Positions 30,271 through 32,000 of a stretch of DNA of 32,000 nt are shown here, piece by piece. The notes under the pieces were generated by a model. The model made no database searches and was not told the DNA's origin. It was given only the letters and a program-made list of their open reading frames with translations. Made by a program: the position numbers and the translations under genes. This DNA is from Wolbachia endosymbiont of Litomosoides sigmodontis (lineage in GTDB: Bacteria > Pseudomonadota > Alphaproteobacteria > Rickettsiales > Anaplasmataceae): NCBI RefSeq assembly GCF_013365435.1, contig NZ_CP046577.1, positions 840,001 to 872,000 on the forward strand, in the 5' to 3' direction. The stretch's first letter is position 1; every line of letters begins with the position of its first letter.

Positions 30271-31228
30271 CACTTATTCTCATTGTTAATAGGCCAAATA
30301 AGTGACATTGCGGAGTGAGAAGAGAGGTAATAAATTTGCACGAAACGCTCTCAAGCAAAGCAATTATATTATTGCCTTTATTATGCAAAATGTTCTATTT
30401 TATATAGAATCAAAGTCTCTCAACAGAACTGAGCTTTGGTGAGCATGGTTATAGGTATATAATTCAATATTTTTAGACACCTTTAAACTTTTCGACTTAT
30501 CCCAATTAACACAATCCATAACAAGAAAAGCTTCCTGGTGCAAATAAGCTAGAACCTTTTCTATTTCTAGTATTAATTGCTCTTATAGAGATAAAAATTT
30601 TGTCTACCTAATTCTACTTTACCTAGGTTTTAACACCCTTTTTAAACCATCCATACTCAACTTACGAATGTGTAACCGCAATTCATCAAAGATGAATAAT
30701 TCTTGCCCAGAATACTTACCAATAATCTCATTAAATTTTTTAACTTTTCTTATCTACCTTTATCTTGCTCATTGTTGATTGGTTTTAACGTAATATACGA
30801 AAACTTCATTTCTTGCATATTACGCTGTGCTGTAAACTTGCTGACATTTAAGCTAAATTTTTCTTAAATTCTTATTCTCATTTCTTTAACGGTAATATTA
30901 GAGTTCTCTTGTATTTACACTTCAATTTATTCAAATTGATTCTGATCCAAATCTGATTTTTCTACAATGTTGAAGAAAAGTGAACAATTTTCTTCTCTTC
31001 TAAATTTTAAGTACTTTATCTATGTAGTTATGCTGACCTTGAAATGCAACACATTTTTGCTTACGCATTTGTTTTACATTTTCTTCAGCGTTTCTTTTGC
31101 TAATTCCATAACTTTTTCCACCTAAAAATTATTGATTCTAACGACATTCAAACTTTGCTATTTTACTTACTTCAGTAAGTCTTCTTTTCCATTATTGTCG
31201 TTTATTCTTTGTATAGTAGGAATCATTA
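30271..31228 (-). mobile_element. degenerate IS630-family element, copy F2 (transposase pseudogene)
   Basis: Starts CA-CTTATTCTCATTGTTAATAGG (degenerate TIR) and ends ...GTAGGAATCAT-TA. Collinear with A, D2 and E. 30758-31000 is the reverse complement of 29982-30224 with one mismatch. Confidence 0.8.
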
Positions 31229-31851
31229 TAACTACAAACTCAATATTTCTAAACACTTTAGGTTTATATCCAGCTAATCTAGCTTTCCTTCTTTTCTTGC
31301 CACTTTTTGCTACTATAGTAGCAAAAAAGCACATACCAACATAGAAAGTAATACGCACTATTATAACCTAAGGCTAACACCTTTCTACTATCTTTTAAGC
31401 CTTTTCCTATTTTCCTTGCTTTTGCTAATGGTATTGCCATAGATAACTGTAATATAACCAAGCTCACCAAGCAAAGAATCAATATAACATTGAATGGTAA
31501 ATAATTACAAAAATCTAAATTTCTATTGTGTATGTATATGTGTAGTAAATTGCTCATCACTTTTTTCATTACATAAATCACTCCCATATCCCGTCCACTG
31601 CTTGAATCCTAGCACACAAATCTTTTATATAACCCTTTTAAAATTTTCTTCATTTTAATATCTGTGACATTTTGTATATCACAAAATTATAAAAATCCCC
31701 TAACGTTACTATTATCACTCTACTTCTTAATAGAGCATAATGCATAACTTTAAAACATTCTTACTAGTGATATGATATTTCTCTAAATTAAGATTAAATT
31801 AATAAATATTCATCATAATAAAGTAATATTCCTTTATCAAGAGAGGACAAT

Positions 31852-32000
31852 TTAATGCCCTGTCAATATTCTTTTTACTAGCTCTTTTACTGTCGGTATG
31901 TAGCCATTTTTATAAAACGGATCTTGCTTAAACTTGTACACACTGTGCCCAGAAAACATAAGCTCATTTTCAATATTGCCGTCATGTATAATATTTTGCA
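31852..32000 (-). CDS. hypothetical protein, C-terminal fragment (5' end outside window)
   Basis: The minus-strand frame is open from the window edge to TAA (31852-31854): ...QNIIHDGNIENELMFSGHSVYKFKQDPFYKNGYIPTVKELVKRILTGH*. The composition looks globular. No family recognised. Confidence 0.5.
   Translation of the reverse strand, partial: QNIIHDGNIENELMFSGHSVYKFKQDPFYKNGYIPTVKELVKRILTGH

Noticed and set aside
3374-31228. Possibility that the recurring units form a CRISPR array or other short-repeat array
   Set aside because: The repeat units are about 0.9-1.1 kb, occur in both orientations, are separated by kilobases of housekeeping genes, and carry transposase-derived sequence. Nothing is CRISPR-like and no cas genes are present.
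31279-31587. 102-aa minus-strand ORF as a real gene
   Set aside because: No motif, odd composition, overlap with other track ORFs, and a perfect 24-bp palindrome inside it. There is not enough support to list it as a feature.
31663-31687. TGTGA...TCACA (CRP-like) motif and ATTTTGT/ACAAAAT hairpin
   Set aside because: The spacer is 11 nt instead of 6, the stem is only 7 AT-rich bp, and no adjacent gene start gives it context.

Overview
This is an AT-rich, gene-dense chromosomal segment. It carries about 24 protein genes and one tRNA, almost all core housekeeping: ssb, dapA, a PrtD/AprD-type T1SS ABC exporter, tsaD, nuoE, tgt, an MrpD/NuoN-family subunit, a solitary virB9, nusA-infB-rbfA, ubiA, an S66 LD-carboxypeptidase, lipB, gltA, rpsT, plsC, xerD, hda and an AI-2E permease. 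The composition, the DAP/peptidoglycan genes, a dispersed T4SS gene and abundant IS debris suggest a reduced Rickettsiales (Anaplasmataceae) endosymbiont, most like Wolbachia. That assignment is inference only. The accessory content is eight decayed copies or fragments of one IS630-family (Tc1/mariner-type) element at six loci (A 3374-4338, B 7485-8468, C 12843-13931, D 19494-20697, E 22594-23484, F 29756-31228). All have broken reading frames, recognisable terminal inverted repeats and TA flanks. I found no convincing novel multi-gene system: no defence, toxin, CRISPR or prophage module. The most unusual structures are IS-derived. (1) Two fold-back composites (D and F) share the same internal junction, and F shows a sharp step from about 88% to 99.6% arm identity. 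(2) Copy A supplies the last 8 codons and the stop codon of dapA. (3) A closely related inverted IS pair brackets the T1SS ABC gene and tsaD. (4) Every change of gene block coincides with an IS remnant. Minor leads are an ORF-free 762-bp tract next to tRNA-Arg, an orphan Cys-rich exported protein, an LdcA-like enzyme with a hydrophobic N-terminus, and an unlisted 56-codon ORF overlapping the xerD start.
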